A stretch of 64,000 nucleotides of DNA from the human T2T-CHM13v2.0 reference genome, Homo sapiens: NCBI RefSeq assembly GCF_009914755.1, contig NC_060938.1. The stretch is one strand, 5' to 3'. The notes beneath the pieces were generated by a model that saw only the letters and a program-made list of their open reading frames with translations, ran no database searches and was not told the DNA's origin. The stretch's first letter is position 1. Every line of letters starts with the position of its first letter. Of this stretch, positions 31,103 to 45,470 are shown piece by piece. Made by a program: the position numbers and the translations under genes.

Positions 31103-33915
31103 TGTATCAGGTGCTCCTTGTGCACTTCTATCCTCTCTCATTTACCTGACTCCAGCCGTCACTGCAGGGAAATGCTCTTTGTAGGCTTTGACTCACTTCA
31201 TTCTGGCAGCATCTCACCCCAGTCACACACACCAAATGTTGCATGAGGCTCTTCTGATTCTGTGGCCTGGGATGCCAGGAGAAGCCTGCACACATGCAGG
31301 ACCCGAGAGTGCAGGAGTTAACATCTGACACAATCCTCAACCAATAGAGAACTGATGGATGTTACTCCTTGTCAGTCTTCAAGCGGACAATCCTGAGAGA
31401 CATTTTATATGTTTCTCAGAACTTCCCGGAGTGATTGACATGCTGTTGTTACAGCAGTGATGGACTGAACAACACCCCTCCTTTTCTTCTTACCTGTTTC
31501 TGTTATTGATTTCTTATTCCTGCTCACTGCGATTAACTTTCACATAAACTATCTTATTAAAATCTTTGACTGAGGCATTGCTTTCTGGGGGCCATGGTTA
31601 GGACCAATTGGTACTAAAAAGTAGATGTGCAGGATAGGATTCCAGAGCGGATGGAAATAAGAGCCTTATTGGGAGCAGACAGTGGGATGAAGATGAAGCC
31701 TAGGCATGTTGTGGCATCACAATTAGTAAGTTTCTCACTTTTGGCGGAATAGGATGAGGCTGGGTGAAGGGTGAAGCACTGGGGGATTCAGGGGCTCTAA
31801 CAGTGCTTTGGGGGCAGTAGTAATTTGAAGGATTCAGGAATTTACTGGCCGCTATTTACAATTTTAGAAGATTGAGCCTATACAGAGAGTTAAATTACCA
31901 ACTCTCAAATTAAGGCCTTCAAGGTAGCATCTAGAAAAACTGTCATATCCTGCAGCCACAGAGCAGATTTTACTTATAACCAGACCAAGGAGCTTCAAAG
32001 GAAAGTCCAGCCTCGAAAAGTTTCCTGTGCTTTGTCTACTGGGCCTCAACCAGTCTCTTTCCCATCATTGCAGTGCTTACACAGTGGGCTGTGAAAGCAG
32101 AGACCAAGGTGGAAGCTATGCATGGCTCTAGAAATGTGTACTCCCTCTTCCCAAGGCTGACATAGCTACTACACTTCTGAATACCCAACCTGTCAACCTC
32201 AGAGATTGATGACGATTCTCCTATGTAAGATCATCCTGAAGAGACTAGTCAGCCACTTGGATGTCTTTCCACCCTGGAGGAGGCAGCAAGAGTTTATCCA
32301 GGAATTGATAGGGACTCCAGATCTGCTTTCATTTCCTTGCTCAAAGTTCCTTTACCCCCAACATCATCTAAGAGCACAAACAGTGCCTTATTCATTGGCA
32401 TGCATTTTTTTCACAATATTGTCTCCAAACGAAGGATTCATTTTATAGCTATGGATATGTGACCATGGAATTCTGTGGCCCTCATATAAATATATGCATG
32501 CAATCCACAGAAGCAGTCAGCTTAATAGAATAAGACTAGTCTATTCAAATATTTGCTAGCTGCTAGCTTGGAAACAAAACCTTGCAGTGTTAGAGTACTA
32601 CATCAGTGTGCTATTTCCTCAAAAGCTAGAACACCTAGGTTGATAAACTAGCACTGGAAAAAAGGATTGGCCCCTCTTGCCACCATTTCCAATGACCCAT
32701 TTGTGGATTTTGGGCTTTCAAATTTAAGCTACATACTTTGAACCTTAAATGTCCACATTCCCCAATATGACTCCTTGCACCACGGGATAGACTAACAAGG
32801 AGTAACATTTATCCATCAACTCCCTTTTTGTTGAGGATTATAGTAATAGGTGTTAACTTTCATGCATTTATAGGCTTTGCATGTGTGTAGGCCTAGCAGA
32901 CTTCCCCTAGAATCTCATGCCATAGTTTGTTTTCTATTGGACACAAAATTTCTACTGAGCTTGAAGCTATGACTATTGGCAGATCACTTTAGGATCCTCA
33001 TGTCAGTGGACTAGAAGACAAAGAAAGAAGCTCCTAATTAATTTGAGGGGATAGGGTGTTGTTATATTAATGGCAACAGAAAGGAGGATATCTGGAACTC
33101 AAGGTATTAACTGAAGCATTTCTTGGCATTTGTATGCCCAGTGATAATAGTGAATAGGCAATTGAAATAATTCTCAATAAGGGCAAAACTAATGACGGCT
33201 CAGACCCTTCAGTAGTGAAAGTCTGCATCACCTCCATAGGCAAGCAGCCAGATTAGCTGAAAGCGTAGCATGAGAGAAATTTAAAATAGGTGATAAAGAC
33301 AAGAGATGATAAAGATCAATTAAGACTTGGTGATCAATTGCATTGGAAAAGGGGGAGAATTGTGTCTTGTTTCCCAAACTGCCCTCTACTAAGTGATTTG
33401 AAGGTCAGAACCAAGACGACTCAATTAAAGATTGGACTTAAAGGCAGGAACACAGCAAAGAGTAAACTGTATCATGACTCTTGTTCACTAACTCACATTT
33501 TCTTGACCTCGTCTCTGATTCCAGTTATAGCTCCATCAAATTAACTCTGTGTAAGCTTCAATATAGCTTGAACTGACAGTATCTTTTCTCAAGCATGCAC
33601 CAAAATATCTTTCAAGCCTTCATTGACTCTGCACCATGGGATGCTGATGGAGCCTATTTAGGGCATATGCAAGCACACCTGAAATGTGAGGGTATTCATG
33701 CCCTCTGGGCAATGCTCTACCAATGGGGGATGGAGGATGATCAATTAATTCTTATTGTTTTTTTTTTCCATCTTCAGGTGGAAATTTGAGATGCAGCAAT
33801 ATATTGGTTTTTCTTCCTTCCTAGTTTCAATCTCTGTGGTCCCTTATTCCTGCTCCCTGGAACCACCTTTCAATAAACTCCTTGTATCTAAGTTTCTGAC
33901 TCAGGTTCTACATTT
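31103..33915 (+). mobile_element. Ancient ERVL provirus remnant: LTR16 (31103-31605), internal (31606-33467), LTR16 (33468-33915)
   Basis: Both LTRs start tgtatca and share a (a/c)ccaat(a/g)g box and an ataaact-type end. PBS-like tggtactaaaaagtag at 31609; purine-rich tract before the second LTR. Confidence 0.7.
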
Positions 33916-36900
33916 GGTATTAAAAACATACTTTCTTCCTCTCATTCCATTTAAAGCATTTTCCTCCTTTTCTGATGTCTTGGTACCGGCCACATCTCTG
34001 CCCAGAGGATCTCACTTGTCTCCAGAAGGCTTTTGAAATTATATTTTCCAAATACAGAAATGTCTCTCCTGAAGCAGAATTCAAGCATCTCTTTTTGTTT
34101 ATTTACTGGCTGATTTTCCTTAGCCTACAACTGTGCTCAAGTTATTCCTATCTAAAATATCCATGCACACATACATACCTACCAACATCAATTCTAAAAC
34201 AAAACAAAGTCACAAAGGGCACAAAAACTATTCATTTGACTTTATGTCTCTCTTCTCAAAATAATAATGACATTTGTTGAGTGTTTACTATATGCCAGGT
34301 GCTATTTTAGCCAATTACATATAACATCTCGTTTTATTTTCACAAATCCTTGGGAGATGTTATTACTATCCCAAATTGTAAAGACAAAAAGCTGTGGTTC
34401 CTTGATGTTAGGTAACTTTCTCAAGGTCTAATCTTAAATGTGCAAGCATGGATTAAAACGCAGGTCTACGCAGTTCTCTGCCTCTGGAGTATGCATAATT
34501 ACCTAGTACATCAGGGTTGCCTTAAGAACATGGATACTGTTTTCAACTCTTCACTTCTCACTTTCCTCTCGATTCACTACAATGACTTCCCATTGAAATA
34601 GCGTTTGCTAGGGTCACCAATATGCCCCCAACATGCAAAATCCAATGGATGCTGTTTATCCCTAGTCTTATCTAGACGTCTGTAGTGTTTGATAAAATTG
34701 ATTAGTTCCTCACCTTCTTAATTTTTCCAGACTTGTATCTCTTACTGTTTGTTTATGATCTTTTTCATAGGTTTTTCTTTTTCTCACATTTTAAGTATTA
34801 TGATTACAAGCTTCAGTGCTCAACATTTCTTTTCATTTTATAATCTCTCTTTGGGTGACTGCAACTACTTTCTTACATTGACCTCTTAACTGCATTTACA
34901 AAAACCAAAGTTTTACCTGAGTTTTCTACAACTAATTTGTGTAAAATTTAAATAATCATTGTCTCCTAAAGTTATTTTTTTTCTCTTTCACCTTAGTCAT
35001 CTCCTTGTTAAAAGCAGAAATTTGGAATCTTTCTTGAGGTCTGTAGGAAAGTTGTTTCAGATTGTCCATTTTCCCAAATATTATCAACTTTAGGGGACAA
35101 AGCCAGATGTCCTTAGAGAAACCTTAACTCAGTCAAAGTCTTAATTGCAGGAGCTAAGACGTAACTGAATACTTTATGCTCAGTGAGCAATAAGAATGAC
35201 TTCAATGGGATATGACGCGATGCTTTAGACTTACTTTGCAGGTGATTGTCAAAATACAGTTATTTTGGAAGTTGAGAAAAAAAATCTCCCAGGGAAAAGG
35301 AGATTTCTGTTAGTCTCTAACTGCATGCTATCATTTTTACTAAATAGTGGTATTTTTTATTAAAACATTTTCTCATGGTCTGCTGCCACCTAAAAGCTTT
35401 GAACTGTGGATATATAGAAAAAATCTGTTCTGACTTGCCTTAGCCTTGGGACCAATCTTAATAGAATATGCAGCAGTGTTTATTTGCAAGCTGATTATGA
35501 AACTTGTTTTCATTTAAACTCTTCTTGATTTATTAACCTCATTTAGAATTTTAGAGTTTTAGATTCTTTGCAACTGATTAAAACAAAGTGCTGTTGTCCT
35601 TCCAAGAATAGAAACTGTTCCTTCCTTCTCTTCCATGTGGAAGTCAGTTTTTTGAGACCATGTTTGTTTTTATCTTGATATCTCTATGGTGCGAACAGCT
35701 TTACTTTGACAACTGCTAACCATTTGAAGTAAGGACAATGAAGACAGCCACAAAAGCTTTCTGGAATTACCAAATGCATGTCCCTTTCTGTATTGTCTTT
35801 GTCAGCCTTGTCTACTAGTCAAATAGCAGTTTAAAAAAAGTTAAATTATTCCACCTAAGAAGAAAAGCATACCTATAAACTCTTATGAATAAAATCAGAT
35901 TAAACTAATTATTTGGATGGCAGAATTGTTTTTCATGTGCTGCAACTCATCTCTTCCTGGGGCATTTCACACTACATGGGAACACATGGACCTAATGACA
36001 AGGTCTTCTTTATGTGGCCCCAACGAAGATGTGTTTGGATTGCAATATAGACCTTGTGTTGTTCTGCGTGTTCTTCGTGCTATGTTGACTGCAAAGGCAT
36101 TACAGTTACCTGATTATTCATATTATTAGGATTAATATTATTTTTAAAGAATAAAACAGTCTCATTGGCTTAATGAAATGCTAACACTTGCTTATTTCAT
36201 TGGCATGTGTATACAATAATTTTAAATATATATATATACACACATATATATGTATATGTATAATCAGTGATTGCCCTTGTAACTGAAGCAAAGAGTATCA
36301 GAATGAGGTGATGTGAAGTTATTTTCATACTTACAGTCTTACTAAATTGATATTAAGAATTTGGTTCTTATTTTACCTGCTATGCTCATTCCATACTATA
36401 TCGCTATTTTCAAATATCATTCCCATAAAACAGTTGTTGACTTTTAAATCTTTTTTTCTGCTCATAAGCAGAAGATACAAATAACTTACATGGCCAATAT
36501 TTTTTAAATGTAGACTAGAAGTATTTTTAAGCAAGGATCATTTAGTCTAACCCCATAAGAAAAATTAAGGACTTAAATTATTAAATTTTCCTGTGACATC
36601 CTAATCAACACTTTGTGCTTTAGTTGTAGAAGAAAAACCTCTCTTTATCTCTGTTTGATAAATACTCTAAAATGCAATGTCTATACACACAGTTTGATTC
36701 TTCAATTACTTTTCCTCCACACTGAAAAACCATCTAACACTATTTAATGGTCTCTCCTAGAGCACTTCATGATTCAGAGTCTTCCAGCTGTGACAAATCA
36801 AAAGGCACCTATATATTCTTTGGGGTTTTTATTTGCAAAAATGTCAAAAATTCAATTTAGTTTGGATTTTGATGTGCATTAATCTTCACAACCTTTTATG

Positions 36901-39139
36901 CATCAATTAACTGGTAAAAGTTACCAGGGCATCTCTTCACTGAATGTGTCATGAAGGCCTTTAGTCTTTTTTTTTTTTTTTTTTTTTTCCTTGTATACAT
37001 TCTTTGCTGTTTTCACTGTGAAATACTTGGGTTTTTCATTCTGGAAACGTGATTTATGTAAAAACAAGTTTAGCTGGGTTTTCTAAAAGTGTATGCTCTC
37101 TACCCAGCATGGCTTTGGTGAGACAGGGTCATAGTGGGAGCCCTTACAACAGAGCTTAAGGGAAGTATATGTGTGTGTGTCTGTGTTTGTGTGTATGTGT
37201 GTCTGTATTTATTATTTATAACTTATAGAACTGGAACAACTTCAGAAGGCATGAGCCCCAACCCTCTCACTTTGCAGACGAGAAAAATGCAGCAAAATTA
37301 AGTTGGGTGTTTTGTAAGATCAGCCAGTTAAGAGCATATTTAAGACCAAAAAACTCAGCGATTTTAAGCCCTTCTAGAATATCACAGTACCATTGTCACT
37401 TTAAGACAGGGTTTGTGTTTAGAGGTTATAATCCAATTTTACCCACCTTCTTTACCTGCGCTGAGTGCCTCCAGATCTTTCAATGAAGGTGATGGCAAAA
37501 TCACAATGAGTTTTGTCCAACCTAATAACTTTAGTCTTGCTAGCAAGAATGAGGTGATTCCTAATTGTGAGAAAAATTTGGAGCTGCCTCAGCCCCACTG
37601 AAAGGAATGAACATCCTATTAATTTTATATCACCACTTTAGCTTAAAACTTCTAGCATAGAAAAGTGGTGTGGTTATTTGGCTGGCCTCCCTCAAACTCA
37701 TCAGTAAGACATAAATCATTTCTGAATACTTCTAGCTTTCTCCCCATTCTTTAACTTTTGGAGCCAACTTTCCACTTAATCTATTATTCCTGGACCCTAG
37801 ACATGGTAATTAACCTCAGAGATGGAATTTAGTCAAAAATGCACTCTGCAAACAGCGTTACATTTGAAAAATTTTAATTGTGTTCAGCAACATTTCTTAA
37901 TTTAATCTGAAAGGTTACACTATCTTCCATATGAATCAATAACCATTTAATTTCTGGATGAAGGTTAAATTGATTTTCTCTGACTTACTAGCTTAGCATA
38001 AGGCTGTGCTTTGGGCCATTAATTCACCTTGTAAAGTCTTCGCTTGAATTCCTCTGAGCTCTAAGAGAGTGGAGCATCTTTTAAGAAATAGGTCATTTTA
38101 TTAAATGTTAAATTGTAAGACAGACTCAACAACAGCTTCTCTCTTTGAAGAGCATTAGCTCTAAGATAATGGAGCATTTTTATTTTGTGCAATACTTGGA
38201 ATGAGAAGATCCACAACTCAGGGGCAAGACTATGGGATTAATCATTTCTCTCCCTCATTGAAGAGATTTCATTGTTAGAATTCAATGTCTAGGTGAATCC
38301 ATAAGTTATTTCTTATTAGAACATAATTCTTTTGATTTAAAATTTTTTTATATTATATAAAGTCTCTGTTTATAGACATTATTAATGATGACCGTTACGT
38401 TAATAAATTACAGTGATGATTTGGGAAAACTTCCACCTAGTCCCAATGACTTTTGTTTCATTACCAGTCTGTTGCAACATCTTTTTAGTGTAGAGAATTT
38501 GTTCTCAGTTGTAGAAAGAGAAAGAAATATCCATGACTTTCAGTTATAAAAGCTTGAAAGCTCGATAGTCATAAAGTTAGAATTATTATTAATATTTTTC
38601 TTATCACTAATACTCGAGGAGCACATGACACTATAGCCTATAATATCATGTAATATATACTTCAGTTAAAATACTCTAAAGAAATGAGTGAGAATCATTG
38701 CATTTGAAAGCAAGAAAGAGAGACCTTGGAGATCTCCTAGTTCCACAGATCAGGATGCCACGTCTGAGTTAGATTAAGTGACATGTCAAAGGTCACATAA
38801 TTAATGGCAAATTTGCCACTAAAACCTTACTACGTCAGAACTCTTTCCACTAAAACTTTACATTTCTTGAACATTTAGAACATTTATTTTAAGAAAGAAT
38901 GGCATAAATTCTGGGCAAAGACATGCCAAGAGTTCCATTATACTTAAGTTTTTAAATGTTGCTCTTCTGGCCTCTGCTCCTTGGCTAGCTTGTCATTTCC
39001 CTGTGTACAATTCTCCCTCTAATATCTCATGCAAATACTGATGACCACACTGCTGGTTTTGCCCAGATATCCTGTATTGATAAACAATACAGGAAATTAT
39101 CTCAATCCACTCTGCCTCACAAAGTAATGACCTAAAGCT

Positions 39140-39780
39140 TCTCAAGTATGCACTAATTTGTCCTCCAAGCATACCATTAGCCACCAAAGTCTGCTAATTC
39201 CACTTCAGGAAAGACTCCAAAATTGGTGCCTTGATTTCTCGTGCTTCTCCTGTCTTCCTCCTGGGATCACTGCAAAGCCCCATCATCTTCAGTCTTCCTA
39301 TCACATGATCACATGCTTTGACTTCCCAAATACAGCCTCTATACTCTTCTAAGTTAGTTCTTCCTAAAGGCAAATTTGAGCCCATCATTTCCTAACCTAA
39401 AAAGCTGCATGACTCTGCAATGCCTTCATGTTCTGGCTCATCCCACCTCCCCAACATAGAGTTCCCCTACTACCTGGCAGACCTATGCTGTCATTGAGTA
39501 GACCACATCTCAACCTTCTCCATACCAGCCATAACTCTCATAACCCTAGGCTTGGCATATGATTTCCTTCCTCTGGAACACCTTTTCTTTCCATTTATTG
39601 CTTCCAAAACTCTTATCCTGGCTCAAAACAGCAATGAAAAATACTACTATGCTATATAACATTCCTTGAGACCTTTGGTGATAGTGATTCCTGCTCCCTA
39701 CTGCTACTTCATTTTATTCATACATTTCTTATGGCATTTACTGAATTATTTATTACAATTAGCTACTTCTCTTATGTTAT
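39140..39780 (+). mobile_element. L2 fragment
   Basis: Diverged L2 3' motifs. Confidence 0.55.
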
Positions 39781-39814
39781 TCGACTCAAAACTTCCTATG
39801 GCCTTGTGAATAAA

Positions 39815-40040
39815 AGGCAGGCAGCAGAGTTGAGTGGACCTGCCAACCAATCAGCAATGGGTTTGATCCCTGCCAACCAATCAGCAATGATGTGACCTTG
39901 GCAAAATCTTGGTAATCCTCAGTTTGTTAATTTGCTGAGGATTGATAATGAAACTTACATGTAGATCTGATGTGTGGGATGGTGGTGACGCATGGAATGT
40001 GCCTTAAACTGCTTTGGCACCAGTCATGAGTCAATACATG
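39815..40040 (+). mobile_element. MIR with an internal 21-bp duplication
   Basis: tgtgaccttggcaa...cctcagttt core; cctgccaaccaatcagcaatg occurs at 39839 and 39869. Confidence 0.7.
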
Positions 40041-40624
40041 AGAGACATGCATCGCTGTATTCCCAACTCTTAATTAAGTGCCAAGCACATTCAGCACATT
40101 TGCTGAAATGAAAATCATACAGTAGTTATACTGTTATAAACTTAGCTATGTAAAAAATATGTCTTCCTTTGTTTCTTTATACCTGCATACATTCTCAAAC
40201 TCAGATTTTTGCTGACGGTGAGTGCTTGTCAATCCAAGATCACTCAGCCACTTTCGTTATAAGAAGCAGTATTTTGGAAACTAGTGCTCAGTCGATTCAA
40301 GATTCCCTCCCTGATTCACCTTTCTGCCCCACAGGAAACATAAGCAGGATGTGTGTGCTCCAGGCATCTGGGGGATATTGCATTTGTTTGCCATTTGTGC
40401 TCCTGTCTTCCTTTAGCTGAGCTATAGCAATTGTCACCTGGTCTTGGAAGTCAGTCTGTAGCCTGCTATATTCACCACTGATGTCCTTAGGTGACAGAAA
40501 GAGCAGTGAAAATCCTGAGTAAATTTGAAAGGATTCTAGAACACAAAGAACTGGGGTCTGGCTTTCCAGGCTGTCTTTCCTCTGGAAAACTGTAAATTTT
40601 GTAACTAAATCCCATTTCTGCATG

Positions 40625-41169
<545 letters not shown>

Positions 41170-41523
41170 ACAAACTGTTCCTTTCAGCCCAGCTGGAGTT
41201 CTGGACCCTTCTCAGGGAACAACAGTTATCTCTACATCAGTTATGTCCTTCCAATTCTCTTTCTGTTTTGCTGGCCAAACACATAACCCTTTTTGAGCAG
41301 AAAAATGACTATCTCATCATGTCTTCTTCTCCATGATAGGGTTTAAGCAGAGCTACTCAAACTTTACAATGGATAAGGAAAATTGGGTTGTATGTAAAAA
41401 TACATTATCCTGTCTTTGTCCTTGTAGATTTAGGGTATGGCTCCTCAACCTGTAATTTATGACACATACTACATGTCTGATACAGATGGCTTACAGACCA
41501 TTCTTGTATAAACAGTCGTTTTA

Positions 41524-42106
41524 CATTGTGGAAAACAGTGTGGCGATTCCTCAGGGATCTAGGACTAGAAATACCATTTGACCCAGCCATCCCATTACTG
41601 GGTATATACCCAAAGGATTATAAATCATGCTATTATAAAGACACATGCACACATATGTTTATTGCGGCACTATTCACAAAGCAAAGACTTGGAGCCAACC
41701 CAAATGTCCATAAATGATAGACTGGATTAAGAATATGTGGCACATATACACCACGGAATACTATGCAGCCAAAAAAAAAGATGAGTTCACGTCCTTTGTA
41801 GGGACATGGATGAAGCTGGAAACTGTCATTCTGAGCAAACTATCGCAAGGACAAAAAAACCAAACACCGCATGTTCTCACTCATAGGTGGGAATTGAACA
41901 ATGAGAACACTTGGACACAGGGTGGGGAACATCACACACCAGGGCCTGTTGTGGGGTTTGGGGAGGGGGAGGGATGGCATTGGGAGATATACCTGATGTA
42001 AATGACGAGTTGATGGGTGCAGCGCACCAACATGGCAAATATATACCTATGTAACAAACTGGAATGGTGTGCACATGTACCCTAGAATTTGGAGTATAAT
42101 AAAAAA
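41524..42106 (+). mobile_element. 5'-truncated L1PA (L1PA5-7-like)
   Basis: ORF2 C-terminus, 3'UTR and poly(A); TSD aaa(c/t)agtcgtttta at 41510-41523 and 42107-42120. Confidence 0.92.
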
Positions 42107-42480
42107 AAATAGTCGTTTTAGTTATAAACTTATGCCTTGAACTTTCAATATTTTTAATATTTAAAACTGAATGTTTGGAATAAGAAAATAAAAACAAACT
42201 TTTTTTTCTTAAATGCTTATTTATTGAAAATAAAAGTTCCAACTTTCAAGTTCATTACTTCCACTAGATATTTTCATAATCTATCTGAAATTTTAAAATC
42301 CAGCAAATTGGACCTTTATTCTTTTGTATTATCTCTTCTTGTGTTCACTGTACATGGTAAGCTCTTCTTTCTGCTTGAATAGTGAAGGAAAAGACAGAAG
42401 GAAATAATTTTTAAAAACCTACCTAGTTTATTTTTGTATATTGTCATGCTACATCCTCACCCACATGTGTATGTAGCACG

Positions 42481-42493
42481 TGTGTGTGTGTGC

Positions 42494-42528
<35 letters not shown>
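42481..42528. repeat. Compound (TG)n(AG)n microsatellite
   Basis: Read directly. Confidence 0.95.
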
Positions 42529-45414
42529 GAATGTGGGAAAAAATATGAGGTACAGTGTGTAAAGAGAATGGTATATGGAACTCATCACAACTAATTTGGA
42601 ATCCTGGCTATACTATTTTTCATTTGGGCCAAGTAGGAGAGTCATTTGATTTATCTTAGTTTCAGTTTTCTTCCACTGAACTTTAAGATTCTTTTAGAAT
42701 GCAACTATGTTTTAATCTATATCTCTTCAATCTGGCACATAGTAGAGAAATTGTCATTATTGAATGAATAAATGAGTAATGTCCTAGCTATCAATACAAG
42801 GCATTACAAGGGTTCATTTTACTCCCAATTAATTTACGTTCAGTCCAAAATACTGTGTTTAAGAAATGAGCCTCAATTTGGCCTTGTCTTCCTTTCAGAA
42901 GCTGCATGTGCCAGTCTTCAGGAATACACTGATTTCCTGGCTGCTTTAGCAAATATTAGATTGCCCTCCTATGACTTCCAATAGAACTTACTTCTTGTAC
43001 TCATGATTTAATATGTGGCAATAATGTTATTTTATCAATTTAGGTCTAGTTTTGGATATTTCTCTTTCTCTCTATGAAATGCTCAGCTCCTTAATGGCAG
43101 AGACCACACAATATGCCTCTGTTTTTCACATTACCAGCAAAGGGCCCCTTTCCTAGGAAGTGCTGAGTGTGTTCTTGTATTTAAGAATAATAGTAATGAC
43201 AGTAAAATTAAACTATTGTACACAGTTCTTTCAAGGAAAAAAAAAGACTATGCTGATATAGTTCTGTTGGATGAAGAGACGTAGACTCACAGAATTTCAG
43301 TGACTTGAGATATGCCCACAGCCAGAAAGAGGCAATGACTCAGTTGTTCAGACTCTGATTCCAGGGCTGTTTCCACTACACCATGATAAATAAGGTCTGT
43401 GTTTTGTGTTAAACATTAGGACATTTGGTATGAAGTTGTTAGATCTGACATGAATTTGTTTCTAATAGGATTGAGATACCCTGAACAGGTCACCAGGGCA
43501 TGTTACATAATTTACCTTTGCTTGATGCCTTTAAAAGGAGGATCAATACCTGCCTTTTAGGCAGGGTTTAGGCATTGCCCTGCCAAAAGGAAAGAAATTA
43601 ACTACATGTTTTTAAAGATTCCTTTTGGTTCTACAGCCAAAGGAATCTTGGCTCTTGTAACTTAGTTATATTTACTTTTTTAACTCTGAATTCTGCCTGT
43701 TCCTGGGCATTTTGTAAATATTATGCAAATCTAAGGTTAAATCAGCAGTGACAAGTCAAATTTGGGAGGTCAGGGAAGGCAGAAATCAAGTTACCATCCA
43801 GAAGAGCTAAATATACATGTCACTACTAATTAGATGAGAAGGAATAACAGCACACAATATTAATCTTCATGTCATGCTTCAACACAGGATTTTTAAGCCA
43901 CTCTGACAAATTCTAGATTTTAAACACAAATGAGTGGAAGTTTGTGGAGAACCCTGAGAACTTGGAAGTGTCTTTGTTGTTTGCCTTAGTCCACCTCCAT
44001 TCCGAGTTTTTCCTCACCTTGAACATTAATTCATTTAAATTCTTAACCCCCTTTCCAACCATTTTTACTCATTTGTTGTTAATATGCAGATTACAATGGC
44101 TGGTGTTCGGAAAGGGGATCAGCAAAACATTTATCATTCAATGCAGCAACTTGAGGAGTTTTGAAAAGCAAAGCATGTGGAACCCCATTAACAGATAAAG
44201 AACACAGGATTGAAAGAACCAAAGGACAAATCATTTATTTCAGTACATCTTGTATAGCAAAGCATTACCAGAGGCAATAGGTACAAAAGATCAGATCAGC
44301 TTCAGAAGGGCTAAATGATATTCATTTGCCATCTTCACCAAAATAAGATTGCATGGAAATATTTTTTATTTTGAATGTTGAAGATAATTTTAATAATGTG
44401 ATTTTTTGACCCACAGTCTAAGGCAAAGCCTTATCCCGGAAGATAATAGAGATGAGATGAATTAGAGGACTATAGCCAGATACAGAAAAAAAAGCAGAAC
44501 CTTTTAATACTAACAGATAAAACAGGCAGTTCAATGCCGATAAATGCAGAATAATGATGCTTTTGATGGGTCTTTATCACAGAAGGCCATGTTCTTCATA
44601 AATTATGAGCCATAAAAGAATTTCAGTCAAAAGACAAGTCTGTTTGTATCATCAATGAATGATGAGAAATAGACAAAAACCAAATAGGAATGCATAAAAT
44701 AACTGCTTGATGACTTTATCAGCTAAGTTTCTACACTGAAAAGTATAGAAGAACAAAAGACTACCCAGAAAAAAACATTCAAAGATAGCTCAAAATGATA
44801 GAAATACTTTTATTTTGAAAAAAATGAAACCATTTTATTTGTGGAAAATTGGTTGATCTAACAACTACTGAAGTCAATTTCACATGTAGATGTTCTTAGT
44901 ATTTTCTTACCTCAAAGGACATCTAAAATGTATTTGAAGTGATTATTTAATGTGGATTGACATTCACTCTTTTTGTGAAGGAGGTATCCCAGTGTATATA
45001 CATATGTGCTTCTAAATATTTTGTCACAATTATCTTTAAAAAGTTAGTCAGTGAATTTTTTTTGGTGAAAAATATAAATTGAATTTGAGCTTCTGATTGA
45101 TGTATTTTCTAAAATATAACATTTAGCTTTCTGGTGATGTTTTTGTAAAGAGAAAACAATGTGTTTGAGCTTCTGTTATATATTTTTTCTAAAATATAAT
45201 ATTTATTACCATTACCTAGTTCAGATTTGTAATATTTACCATCAATAAATACGGGTTAAATTTGCCAATTATATTTTTGGACACAGGTCCTAATATTTCA
45301 GGTATTATATCTATAATTTAAGTAGCAACCTGCATGTGGTATCTTTTATAGATCATGATTTGGTAGTGAAAGTGGTAATAATTCATCAAGTAATACTTTT
45401 CCTATAACATGCAA

Positions 45415-45470
45415 CTTTATTAATATATCATGATGGATCTTTGATCTTTATTAATATGTCATGATGGATC
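45415..45470. repeat. 25-bp direct repeat with a 6-bp spacer
   Basis: ctttattaatat(a/g)tcatgatggatc at 45415-45439 and 45446-45470. Confidence 0.9.
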
